Shown one piece after another: positions 16,548 to 25,143 of a DNA stretch of 44,902 bases; position 1 is the first letter of the stretch; each line of letters starts with the position of its first letter. The stretch comes from an uncultured Candidatus Saccharibacteria bacterium (GTDB lineage Bacteria; Patescibacteriota; Saccharimonadia; Saccharimonadales; CAYVSP01): positions 1 to 44,902 of the forward strand of contig CAYVSP010000003.1 in assembly GCA_964453655.1 (NCBI GenBank). The letters are read 5' to 3'. A program made the translations under genes and the position numbers. The notes under the pieces are model-generated. The model did no database searches. It had not been told where the DNA came from and was given only the letters and a program-made list of their open reading frames with translations.

Positions 16548-18770
16548 CTATTTATTAACGGAAGCCCGCAAGTTGTCACTTTGAACAGAAGCCACTTTTT
16601 GAACCTTCTTAGGCGGTTTTAGCTTAGCTTTTCCAAAGCTGAAGCCAAACGTACTACCTTTGCCCTCTTGGCTTTTAAATATAATCGCTCCGCCTTGGGC
16701 CACGATGACTTTTTTGGCCATGAATAGTCCTAGCCCTGTCCCATCAGGCCGGGCTTTTTTGGCATTCCCAGCTCTATAAAACTTGCTGAACAAATGATGT
16801 TGCTCAGTTTTCGGCACACCAAGGCCGTCGTCCACAACCGTAAATTCAATCGTATCCTCTCGCTCGTTAAGATTTACGCTAATATGCCCACCACTCGGTG
16901 TGTAATAGATAGCGTTATCCACGAAGTTCATAATCACCTGCCTTATTTTTGTTTCATCCAACATAAGTATCGGGAAATTTTTGGGCTTATGATAAATAAG
17001 CTCGAGGCTTCGTTCCTTTGCGGCTTCAACAAGCTGGGATATTTCGCCTTCTATTACGTCAGCTAAGTTAGTCGGAACAGAATCAATTACAAATTTTCCA
17101 GTTTTTAACCGCGAGACATTAAGAAGGTCCGCAATTAAGTAAACCATTCGTTGTGAGCTTACAAAGGATTGCTGAAGTAGTTTTCTTTGCGTCCCGCTAA
17201 TCTTTCCAGCATCACCATCAAGCACCATACTCATATAACCTTTTACGCTTGTGAGCGGTGTACGCAATTGATGAGAGGCCATACTAATAAATTCATCTTT
17301 AGTCTCATCCAACGCCCGCAATTTTTCGTTTGTGCTGCGTAGTTCTTTTGTAGCCGCCTCTACCTTATGCTGAAGCGTAGCGCTAAACTGTTTAATTTCT
17401 TCAAATCTTAGGGCATTTTGAATCGCAACCGCTAATTCATTTGCCACTATTGTGAGCAACTTCTCGTCCTGCGCACCATAGGCGTCACCACTTTGCTTTT
17501 CACCAAATAACACATATCCGACACTCTGGTGTTGTGTACTAAGTTTGAGACTTATAGCCACTCCGTCTTTGAACAATTCTTCTCTGAGTGTTTGGTGCTT
17601 ACTTAACTCATCGGTAATAAGTATTTCTTTGTGTTGCTCCTCCATGTGCTGACTAACCTCTTTCAGGCGTGTCTGAGCTTTAAGGTCCTGCGAAAACTCT
17701 AAACGGGGATGACCGTCTTCAAGCAGTACAAACTCTACAAATGAACTCTTAAGAGCACCTGTTAGAATATGTCGCGTAGCGCTTAAAATCCGATGTAGAT
17801 CAATTTCGGCCACAATCGCACTGCTCAGCTGGTTTAGTACATCTTGTGCGTCATACGCATCTTTGAAAAAAATACGATTGGTTACAGCATCAAAACGTTG
17901 CTTTAACCAATATATTGTAGGTGTAAAAAGTAATGCAAGCGCGATGTATGTAACATGCTGCACGGCATTAATGTGGGCGTTTTTAAAAAATATGTACGAA
18001 ATTGCAAATACAGCGGCGGTATAAAGCAATACGAACGTTGTAACTATCAGCAAATAGGCAACTGAACGAGCAATTACGCTTCTAATATTGAACAAACGGT
18101 GCCTGATTATGGCTATTGTCGTCATACCCAAGAAAATAATGGTGTACAGCGGTGCTAGCGGTACAAATTGACTATTCTTAAAAAGGGCGACTGGGATAAG
18201 AACCGTAAAAATAAGCAATCCCAGCATGAGAGACAGTCCCGTTATAACGTAATTGTACTGGTTCTTTTCATGCCCACTGGCTTTATGTGATTTCTTGACA
18301 AAGCTATAAATGGCTCCAAAACTAAGTCCGATAGCAAAAAGTACAAAAATAGAAAGTCCAGGCCCCGGCAATGCTTCAATTTTTTTGTCTACAATATTGA
18401 CTCCTGTAAAAGCAAAAGGCGATAGTGCGTCTGACATAACCAGCAGAGTGGCCACGATCAAAGCGTATAGACCTACTTTCTTAATATGCAGCTCTTCCTC
18501 AGGCAAGGTATGGGCAAGCAGATAAAAAAGAAGTATTTGTATCGATGCCAAAAATATACTTAGCCTAACCCAGAGCAGTTCTGTGTTTAGTAAAGAGGGA
18601 GTTACCGAAAGGTAAACATCTATAAGCCAAAGCGTAGTAACCAAAGAAAGGGCTGTAAAAATTTGATTGGTGGCGTTTCTGCGACTATTTTTAAACACCA
18701 CAGCTGCCAAAAAACTATTGACCGCTATTGTAAAAATCAGGATTGGTAATCGAAGACCCTCAAAATTCAC
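16548..18770 (-). CDS. Sensor histidine kinase (polytopic membrane N-terminal domain, GAF-like region, HisKA, HATPase_c)
   Basis: 740 aa with about 8 predicted TM helices, H-box SHQLRTPLTSVKGY, N-box FVDNAIYYT and G-box DDGLGV..GTGLGL. It has a GTG start that overlaps the upstream gene by 11 nt. Confidence 0.88.
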   Translation of the reverse strand: MNFEGLRLPILIFTIAVNSFLAAVVFKNSRRNATNQIFTALSLVTTLWLIDVYLSVTPSLLNTELLWVRLSIFLASIQILLFYLLAHTLPEEELHIKKVGLYALIVATLLVMSDALSPFAFTGVNIVDKKIEALPGPGLSIFVLFAIGLSFGAIYSFVKKSHKASGHEKNQYNYVITGLSLMLGLLIFTVLIPVALFKNSQFVPLAPLYTIIFLGMTTIAIIRHRLFNIRSVIARSVAYLLIVTTFVLLYTAAVFAISYIFFKNAHINAVQHVTYIALALLFTPTIYWLKQRFDAVTNRIFFKDAYDAQDVLNQLSSAIVAEIDLHRILSATRHILTGALKSSFVEFVLLEDGHPRLEFSQDLKAQTRLKEVSQHMEEQHKEILITDELSKHQTLREELFKDGVAISLKLSTQHQSVGYVLFGEKQSGDAYGAQDEKLLTIVANELAVAIQNALRFEEIKQFSATLQHKVEAATKELRSTNEKLRALDETKDEFISMASHQLRTPLTSVKGYMSMVLDGDAGKISGTQRKLLQQSFVSSQRMVYLIADLLNVSRLKTGKFVIDSVPTNLADVIEGEISQLVEAAKERSLELIYHKPKNFPILMLDETKIRQVIMNFVDNAIYYTPSGGHISVNLNEREDTIEFTVVDDGLGVPKTEQHHLFSKFYRAGNAKKARPDGTGLGLFMAKKVIVAQGGAIIFKSQEGKGSTFGFSFGKAKLKPPKKVQKVASVQSDNLRASVNK

Positions 18771-20661
18771 TGTTTTTGCCCACCAAAAATCCTATAGCAA
18801 GTTTATCGAACTTTTTTGGCACCTCGACAGGCGGCATATGACCGACTTGTTCCAAGGTTTCAAGCTTGACGTTCGGTATTAGATGTATGTTTTTTTCTAC
18901 AGTCTTAAATGGCATCAGTGGGTCCTTTTTGCCCCATATAACAAAGATTGGAACTTTTATGTTTGGCAAATCGCCTGCCAAGAAAAGTTCTTTGCGCATT
19001 CCAGTAATGTGCGCCAAACGGCTGATGAATAAAATATTATGCGATGTTTGAGATAACTCATAGAAGTAATCCACGAACCTCTTGGATAAATGAAGCTTCT
19101 TATCATAAAAAACATCTCTCATAAATTTTTCTAAATTCTTATTGCTACGCACTGGTCGTAATGCGGTTTTACTTAAGAATAACGCAAGTGGCTGCAATGA
19201 GACGGGTCTAAACTGTATTGGCATATGGGTGGTAAAACCTAGCGGATTAGTTAGAACTACTTTGTGCAAATACGGTTTATTCTCTATTGCAAGCTTTAAG
19301 GCAATCCATCCTCCGAACGAACTGCCCACAATATCGATTTTATCGAATTCCATCTTCTGAATAAATTGTTCCACAATTTTCAGATAGTCTTTTACGAAGT
19401 CAATTTTATGAAAGTTGACTGTAGTGGAGCTACCGGCACCAGGCATATCAATGGCATACACGGTAAAGTACTTGGCAAAATCTGCTATATTTTGATACCA
19501 CTGAGCCCAACCAATATTTGCGCCGTGCAGCATCAAGATAGGCTTACCCTCACCCGCTACAATATAGTTGATGTTATATTTACCAACCTTAATCTGTTTA
19601 TTCTCATAGGTAACACCAAGGTTGTTGGCAAGCCTTTGTTGCGTTTTAATTGGAACCCCCGGAGTTTTACGCCTCGGCGTATGGTAAGGCGCGTGGGTAC
19701 TATATCCAAGACGGAAGAAAATCTGTGGGCTGCCTGCTATGTTCAGTTCTTTGTTAATAGCAGAACGCTGCGTCTTATTTTCGATCATTGCCGCCAAAGG
19801 CGTAATTGCCAACCCCTGTGTAGTCGCTTGAAGAGCTAAGAGTTCATAATAGCGTCCCGCTTTAAACCAGCTTTGCGGATCGTCAGTTTGGGTAGTTATA
19901 AATCCGACAGATGAACTACTTATAATTGCTTGGCAGTCCTTTTTAGCAAGAAGTTTGATGGTAGGCTTGAATTTGCGTATTAAGGCTTTAAAGATTTTTG
20001 ATTGACCATTTGACAGTCCTACCACAAAGCCTGGCATACCATCCTCGGCTTGTGTCTTAGACGGCCGAAGCCACTGGCTAAGCTCTTCAAAAAAGGCTCG
20101 ATTATTTTTATAGCTAACTGTTGCTTGGGCGTGCATCTCCGCAGTTTTTTCTTTTTGTACGTTATCAGTAATTAGTGTTACCCTGCAGCCATCAATTTGC
20201 GGGGAGCTTAGAAAATTATCCTTATGATTTTCCTTTAACACCATGTTCTTATAAGGAAGCTTGTCTGAATATCTTTTCGGTATTGCCCTGAATAACGAAG
20301 CGAGCGATTTATCCGGTTTGGCTATTTCAAACTTAATTACAATCTTACTCTTGGCCCACCTGCATTGTGTTGACAGCCCAAAATAAGATGCCGCAATTAG
20401 TATATTGGTAACGCAGCAACCTAAACTTATTTGCAAATTACGGCCAGCCGGATCAGCCTGATCTAGGGATACTCTTGGATTGCTCGTAATCGTTAGCTCG
20501 TTGTAGTTGACATGAAATTCCCATGGCTGGGTGTTGTGCGTAGAAGGCGCCAAGACGCCGTAACCCATCAGAAACTTAATCTTTTCTGCAATGTTTACAT
20601 TACTTGGAAAATCACTTTCCGCAACTGACCAAGCCTCATAATTTGCTTGTTTCGTCTTCAT
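18760..20661 (-). CDS. Fusion protein: Acg-type (tandem nitroreductase-fold) FMN oxidoreductase fused to an alpha/beta hydrolase
   Basis: 633 aa. The N-terminal roughly 330 aa carry APSTHNTQPWEF, typical of the Acg/nitroreductase family. The C-terminal roughly 280 aa carry HGANIGW and the nucleophile elbow GSSFGG plus a late His (QVGHMPP). There is an ATGA overlap with the upstream gene. Confidence 0.65.
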   Translation of the reverse strand: MKTKQANYEAWSVAESDFPSNVNIAEKIKFLMGYGVLAPSTHNTQPWEFHVNYNELTITSNPRVSLDQADPAGRNLQISLGCCVTNILIAASYFGLSTQCRWAKSKIVIKFEIAKPDKSLASLFRAIPKRYSDKLPYKNMVLKENHKDNFLSSPQIDGCRVTLITDNVQKEKTAEMHAQATVSYKNNRAFFEELSQWLRPSKTQAEDGMPGFVVGLSNGQSKIFKALIRKFKPTIKLLAKKDCQAIISSSSVGFITTQTDDPQSWFKAGRYYELLALQATTQGLAITPLAAMIENKTQRSAINKELNIAGSPQIFFRLGYSTHAPYHTPRRKTPGVPIKTQQRLANNLGVTYENKQIKVGKYNINYIVAGEGKPILMLHGANIGWAQWYQNIADFAKYFTVYAIDMPGAGSSTTVNFHKIDFVKDYLKIVEQFIQKMEFDKIDIVGSSFGGWIALKLAIENKPYLHKVVLTNPLGFTTHMPIQFRPVSLQPLALFLSKTALRPVRSNKNLEKFMRDVFYDKKLHLSKRFVDYFYELSQTSHNILFISRLAHITGMRKELFLAGDLPNIKVPIFVIWGKKDPLMPFKTVEKNIHLIPNVKLETLEQVGHMPPVEVPKKFDKLAIGFLVGKNSEF

Positions 20662-21761
20662 GACTCACCTAGCATTTTATCAAGCTTTTCTACAGCGGCC
20701 TTCTGGTCTGCCGAATCATTCCGGACTATACCAAATAAATTCTCTAGAGATAAATAATAGCGTCCACTTGGTAAAGATTGTCCTAGTATAATCTTCCTGG
20801 CTATAAAAGTACCGATGCCCCCGCCTATCATAATCGTGCTACCCAGTTGGGGACGACCTACAAGCGTACGATTAATTTCAAACAATGACTCTAGCGCTTT
20901 GGCCGGAATATACTTACTACCGACTAAATTAATGGCGTACTTAACCTTTTCGCGTTCGCCAATCTCGCTATTCAAAATCTCTTCGGGGGTATTACCTAGA
21001 AGTCCATTGAAAAGCGCTATATTTTTATCAAGATCGAAGCGTTCAACATCTATAAGAACATTGTCGCCCAAACTTGTAAGCATTACTACCGACACGCCCT
21101 CTTTTTTTGCTTTTATCCGTAGTTTTATTTTCATCTGAAAGTCATCTATCTCGTCAAAAATAACTTGCGGCTTTGTCCCGCCAAAAAAAGCGTCCAGATC
21201 CCCCTCATGAATTCCATGCTCATAAAGTTCGAGCTCAGCAAATGGATTAAGCTCCCAGATTTGCTCTGCCACAAGGTCAACCTTGGGCTTGCCAACATCC
21301 TTCAACCCCGCCCGTAATCGATTCAGGTTTGATGTAGAAATCGTGTCAAAATCTCCCAGCTTCAGAAGACCGTCCACACCGCTATATGCAAGTGTAACTG
21401 CAATGCTATTTCCGACAGACAGACCGAAGATACCTATGCACGCCTTGTTACATTTCTGTAACTCGTCTTTTGTTATGAGGTTTTGATTGCGATTTGTCCT
21501 TAAACGAAACAGCTCCGGTTCACCTATAGTTCGTAAAAGAACGCCAGACCAAGGATAGTAAATCCAGTACTGATCGACGGTTGATATATTATCCTCAATA
21601 AAAGTTTCTCGCTTGGCTTTATCGTTATGGGCTGCTGGAAAGTTAATCTCGTAAAGCTCGCCTAACTGCTCTTTGATTAGATCCACTTGTTGCCAAATTT
21701 TATGAGAAGCTTTGTACTGCTCAATCTCATCTTGTTTTAATATAATTGGGCGTTGCATCAT
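20658..21761 (-). CDS. ThiF/MoeB/E1-like adenylyltransferase family protein
   Basis: The start was reset to the ATG at 21761, which forms an ATGA overlap with the stop of the upstream gene. The Rossmann motif is IGIFGLSVGNSIA. It is followed by GDFDTISTSNLNRL, typical of E1-like enzymes. Confidence 0.65.
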   Translation of the reverse strand: MMQRPIILKQDEIEQYKASHKIWQQVDLIKEQLGELYEINFPAAHNDKAKRETFIEDNISTVDQYWIYYPWSGVLLRTIGEPELFRLRTNRNQNLITKDELQKCNKACIGIFGLSVGNSIAVTLAYSGVDGLLKLGDFDTISTSNLNRLRAGLKDVGKPKVDLVAEQIWELNPFAELELYEHGIHEGDLDAFFGGTKPQVIFDEIDDFQMKIKLRIKAKKEGVSVVMLTSLGDNVLIDVERFDLDKNIALFNGLLGNTPEEILNSEIGEREKVKYAINLVGSKYIPAKALESLFEINRTLVGRPQLGSTIMIGGGIGTFIARKIILGQSLPSGRYYLSLENLFGIVRNDSADQKAAVEKLDKMLGES

Positions 21762-23281
21762 CTTTCTTTCACGACCCACTTCTGCTTTGTGCCTGGGCGG
21801 AAATATGTTGGATCTTCGTAGTTCCAAAGCTTGATGTGAGGTTTGACGATGTTTCCGACAGTTTTATCTACTTCACGGTATTCAGAACTTTCTTCAATTA
21901 GTCGAGTGTGGATGATCGATTGAATCTTGTTTGCTAGATCTTCTTTAAGTTCAATACCATGAGCAAGCTCGATATGTATAGTCAACTGCTGACGACCTTC
22001 GCTGCTGTAATCAACCATCATAGTAAATTTACCAGTAATGGATTTACTTAATCCGTCGTCTTGTAGGGCACGACGAATCATATCTGGATAAATCAGAAAG
22101 GCGTAGTAGCTTACGCTGAAGTCATTGCGTTCATATACATACACGAATGGCAGATTCCAGGTAGTTTGGCCGATTCCGCTTGTTTGAATCTCTTTTTCTA
22201 TGTCAATACCAGCATTATTCAAGGCCTTATGCACGTCTTTTCGCTTTAAGATGCCGCCGTAGTCTTTTAGGTCGTAACGCACCAGCGGCAGTCCACTAAA
22301 AGCAGAACAGTACAAACTATGCTCTTCTTCCTCGAAGTAAAAGAGTTCGGGATCAAATTGTGCGAAGGTAGGCTGGCGGACCACCTCGGGAAATAAAATC
22401 TTAAGTTGGTTATCTTCAACTAGGCGGCGCCTGATTAGAATTGATTCTGGTGTTTCATGGGCCATCGTCCCCAAATCGACTGTACCGTAGTGATTCAACG
22501 TACTAAGTAGAGGGTTCTTTGGATTCGTCACATTGAATACATAGTCTCTAAACTTCTCGGTAAATGCCTCTGCCGAAAAAACAAAACCAATGTTATAGCG
22601 CTTCCAGTCTATGCCTTCACGCACACCGTCATCCAGAATATCCTTTAGAAAAGGCGCATACGCGCCGATAATTATTTGGTCAAAGTTCTCGCCAAGTTGA
22701 TTCACCGCATTAATAACTTCTTGCTTGTGAATACCGGGCGTTATGATGCTTAGCTCATAGCCGCCGTTTTCACCGACAAGCTTCAATGCTTCATAGGTGA
22801 ATAAGCCGCCAATCCAGGCTCCCATAGGAAAGGCCACTATATACAATGTACTTTTACTCTGTATTGAGAAGTTGTTTCTAAGATAGAGTTCAGCTGTTAT
22901 AGCATATTGCCAGTCCTGTGAATGCTCGCGCGGAAAGTAGTAAGGTTCTCCTGTTGAGCCGGAAGTAGTAGATATAACCCACTGCCCGTGACCAAATTCG
23001 CCATCCCAGCACAGCATTTTTTTGGGGTATTGTCGTAGGTAATTATCTTTGTTTATCGGCGGAATTTTGGTGATGTCTTTATAAGACTTGACTGAACTAG
23101 ATGAAAAACTATTTTTTTTCAAAAAGTCTTTGTATGCAGGTACCCTAACCGCCATTTCGTGAAATAGTTGTAATGTTCTTTTCCTGCCTTTCTCTATCCA
23201 TTCGCTCTCAGGCCGTGAATGAAAACGGTTTTGAAGCAACTCAGCGCTGCGATAACCACGTGGCAATAGTAGTCTACTCAT
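21758..23281 (-). CDS. Adenylate-forming enzyme, PaaK/coenzyme F390 synthetase-like (ANL superfamily)
   Basis: 507 aa. The AMP-binding core motif is TSGSTGEPYYF. The N-terminal layout (..VPAYKDFL..I..IPPINKDNYL..) is typical of the phenylacetate-CoA ligase family. Confidence 0.65.
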   Translation of the reverse strand: MSRLLLPRGYRSAELLQNRFHSRPESEWIEKGRKRTLQLFHEMAVRVPAYKDFLKKNSFSSSSVKSYKDITKIPPINKDNYLRQYPKKMLCWDGEFGHGQWVISTTSGSTGEPYYFPREHSQDWQYAITAELYLRNNFSIQSKSTLYIVAFPMGAWIGGLFTYEALKLVGENGGYELSIITPGIHKQEVINAVNQLGENFDQIIIGAYAPFLKDILDDGVREGIDWKRYNIGFVFSAEAFTEKFRDYVFNVTNPKNPLLSTLNHYGTVDLGTMAHETPESILIRRRLVEDNQLKILFPEVVRQPTFAQFDPELFYFEEEEHSLYCSAFSGLPLVRYDLKDYGGILKRKDVHKALNNAGIDIEKEIQTSGIGQTTWNLPFVYVYERNDFSVSYYAFLIYPDMIRRALQDDGLSKSITGKFTMMVDYSSEGRQQLTIHIELAHGIELKEDLANKIQSIIHTRLIEESSEYREVDKTVGNIVKPHIKLWNYEDPTYFRPGTKQKWVVKER

Positions 23282-23294
23282 GTTTGTCTTTCGC

Positions 23295-23363
23295 TATTCT
23301 ACACCTTAAATTATAACATGACCTTACATAAAGTTGCCATTTATAATTAAATAGTGTAGAATA
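23295..23363. promoter_or_regulatory. 10-bp inverted repeat pair in the divergent promoter region (candidate operator)
   Basis: TATTCTACAC (23295-23304) and GTGTAGAATA (23354-23363) are exact reverse complements about 50 bp apart. They lie between the ANL-operon start (23281) and the aminotransferase start (23392). Confidence 0.4.
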
Positions 23364-23391
23364 ATCTGAAGTTTTGATGTAAAAATAAACA

Positions 23392-24540
23392 ATGTCATTT
23401 ATAGCCCAACGCCTAGATTATTTCGACAGTAGCGACTTTCGCAACGCCATACATAAGCAACTACTTTTAAAGGATCCTATAGATCTCAGCATCGGTATTC
23501 CAGAGGAATTGACTGCGGAACATATTAAAGCAGCCGGCATTAAGGCTATACAGGAAGATAAAACCACCTACACCCCCGCCAATGGTTTACCCGAACTCCG
23601 TCGTGTTATAGCCGAGAAACTTGTACGTGATAATAAAATCCAGATCAATCCAGAGATGGTCACGGTTGTTCCTGGGCTCACTACCGGTCAGTTGTTGGTT
23701 TACCTGGCAATTCTGGACCCAGGAGATGAGATTATAGTACTTGATCCGTATTATCCACCGTATCCGCACTTGGCTAGCATGGTTGGTGCTCATGTGGTCT
23801 ACGTGTCAACGCTACCAACGTTTCAACCTGACCTACCTTCTATTGAGGCAAGTATTACAAACCGCACCAAAGCAATAGTTGTAAATTCACCAAATAACCC
23901 AACTGGTGCCGTATATCCAGAGACTACTCTTCGTAAAATTGCGCAAATAGCTGAAGAGCACAATCTTTTAGTAATTTCTGATGAAATTTATGAACATTTT
24001 GTATATGAAGATGAACATTTCAGCATTGGAAGCATCTATCCAAACACCATAACTCTGAATGGGTTTTCAAAGGAGTATGGAATGACGGGGTGGCGAGTAG
24101 GCTATATTGCAGGTCAATCTGACATTATTGAAGCTATTAATGAACTACTGCAATACACGGTCATGTCCAGCTCATCAATTGCTCAGCATGCAGCTTTAGC
24201 AGCGCTCACAAAAAGACCCGAAATTCTACATAAATATCGAGAAAAACGCAATTTGATGACCGCAAAGTTAACAGAGTTTGGTTATGACGTACATGGGATG
24301 CAAGGGGCATACTACTCTTTTATAAAGGCCCCTAACGACTTGACCGATATTGAATTTGTTGACAAAGCTACCGAGCACGGCTTGATCATTGTCCCTGGGC
24401 GTGCCTTTTCTCGTTTACATGGCTTCGTGCGACTGTCGTATGGTGCAGATGTAGAAACCTTAAAGCGTGGTCTCGAGGTGCTTAAGAAATTGTCTCTGCA
24501 ATATTCAGAGCAAGAAAAGATCAAATCAAGCCTGCTATGA
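23392..24540 (+). CDS. PLP-dependent aminotransferase, class I/II (aspartate/aromatic type)
   Basis: 382 aa with the NSPNNPTGAVY motif and the PLP-lysine motif FSKEYGMTGWRVGY. Confidence 0.88.
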   Translation: MSFIAQRLDYFDSSDFRNAIHKQLLLKDPIDLSIGIPEELTAEHIKAAGIKAIQEDKTTYTPANGLPELRRVIAEKLVRDNKIQINPEMVTVVPGLTTGQLLVYLAILDPGDEIIVLDPYYPPYPHLASMVGAHVVYVSTLPTFQPDLPSIEASITNRTKAIVVNSPNNPTGAVYPETTLRKIAQIAEEHNLLVISDEIYEHFVYEDEHFSIGSIYPNTITLNGFSKEYGMTGWRVGYIAGQSDIIEAINELLQYTVMSSSSIAQHAALAALTKRPEILHKYREKRNLMTAKLTEFGYDVHGMQGAYYSFIKAPNDLTDIEFVDKATEHGLIIVPGRAFSRLHGFVRLSYGADVETLKRGLEVLKKLSLQYSEQEKIKSSLL

Positions 24541-24575
24541 AAACCATGGCTATTAAGCTACGATAGTAAGTAACT

Positions 24576-24944
24576 ATGTCGAAAATTGCGATTATTGAGG
24601 ATGATTTGGCAATCAGCCAAATGTACCGTATTAAGTTTGAAGCCGAGGGTTTCAACGTAGACACGGCAGAGAATGGAAAGCTTGGTTTTGAGCTTAGTGA
24701 AAAGATGAAGCCCGACATCATCCTTCTAGATTTAATGATGCCTGAGATGCGTGGTGATGAAATGCTTGCCAAGCTACGTAAAACCGCTTGGGGCAAAGAC
24801 ATCAAAGTTATAATCTTAACTAACGTAGGTGAACAGGAAATACCTGAAGAAGTTAAGAAACTAGGTGTAGCTGCCGTTATTCTAAAGGCCGACATGACTC
24901 CACGTCAGGTCGCCGACCTCGTCAAAAAAACCCTAAAGTCATAG
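24576..24944 (+). CDS. Stand-alone response-regulator receiver domain (CheY-like)
   Basis: 122 aa. It has the acidic pair IEDD, the phospho-acceptor context IILLDLMMP and conserved T/K positions. There is no output domain. Confidence 0.88.
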   Translation: MSKIAIIEDDLAISQMYRIKFEAEGFNVDTAENGKLGFELSEKMKPDIILLDLMMPEMRGDEMLAKLRKTAWGKDIKVIILTNVGEQEIPEEVKKLGVAAVILKADMTPRQVADLVKKTLKS

Positions 24945-24966
24945 GCCTTGCTACAATATAGCTAGT

Positions 24967-25143
24967 ATGGCAAAAACTTCGCATTTGGGTGTAGTGCAAG
25001 GAAGCGTTGAGAAACGCGGTGAGGCGTACATAGAGTACATTGAACGAGTATCGGAAATGCTGACGCAGCAATGCACCAAAAGCCTCAGCAGAGTGACTAG
25101 CTCTGCTTGGCAGCAGGCTGAGGCGTTGCGAGGTTTTGCATGA
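24967..25143 (+). CDS. Small hypothetical protein (58 aa) translationally coupled to murD
   Basis: My own translation gives MAKTSHLGVVQGSVEKRGEAYIEYIERVSEMLTQQCTKSLSRVTSSAWQQAEALRGFA. Its stop overlaps the murD ATG (ATGA at 25140-25143). It falls below the ORF-track cutoff. Confidence 0.35.
   Translation: MAKTSHLGVVQGSVEKRGEAYIEYIERVSEMLTQQCTKSLSRVTSSAWQQAEALRGFA

Noticed and set aside
19366-19839. 157-aa plus-strand ORF
   Set aside because: It is antisense to the alpha/beta-hydrolase portion of the 633-aa fusion gene, which has clear catalytic motifs.
24521-24895. 124-aa minus-strand ORF; also 24951-25271 (106 aa, minus strand)
   Set aside because: These are antisense to the clearly real receiver-domain gene and to the murD 5' region respectively. 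Their Ser/Ile/Phe-rich composition suggests off-frame translation.
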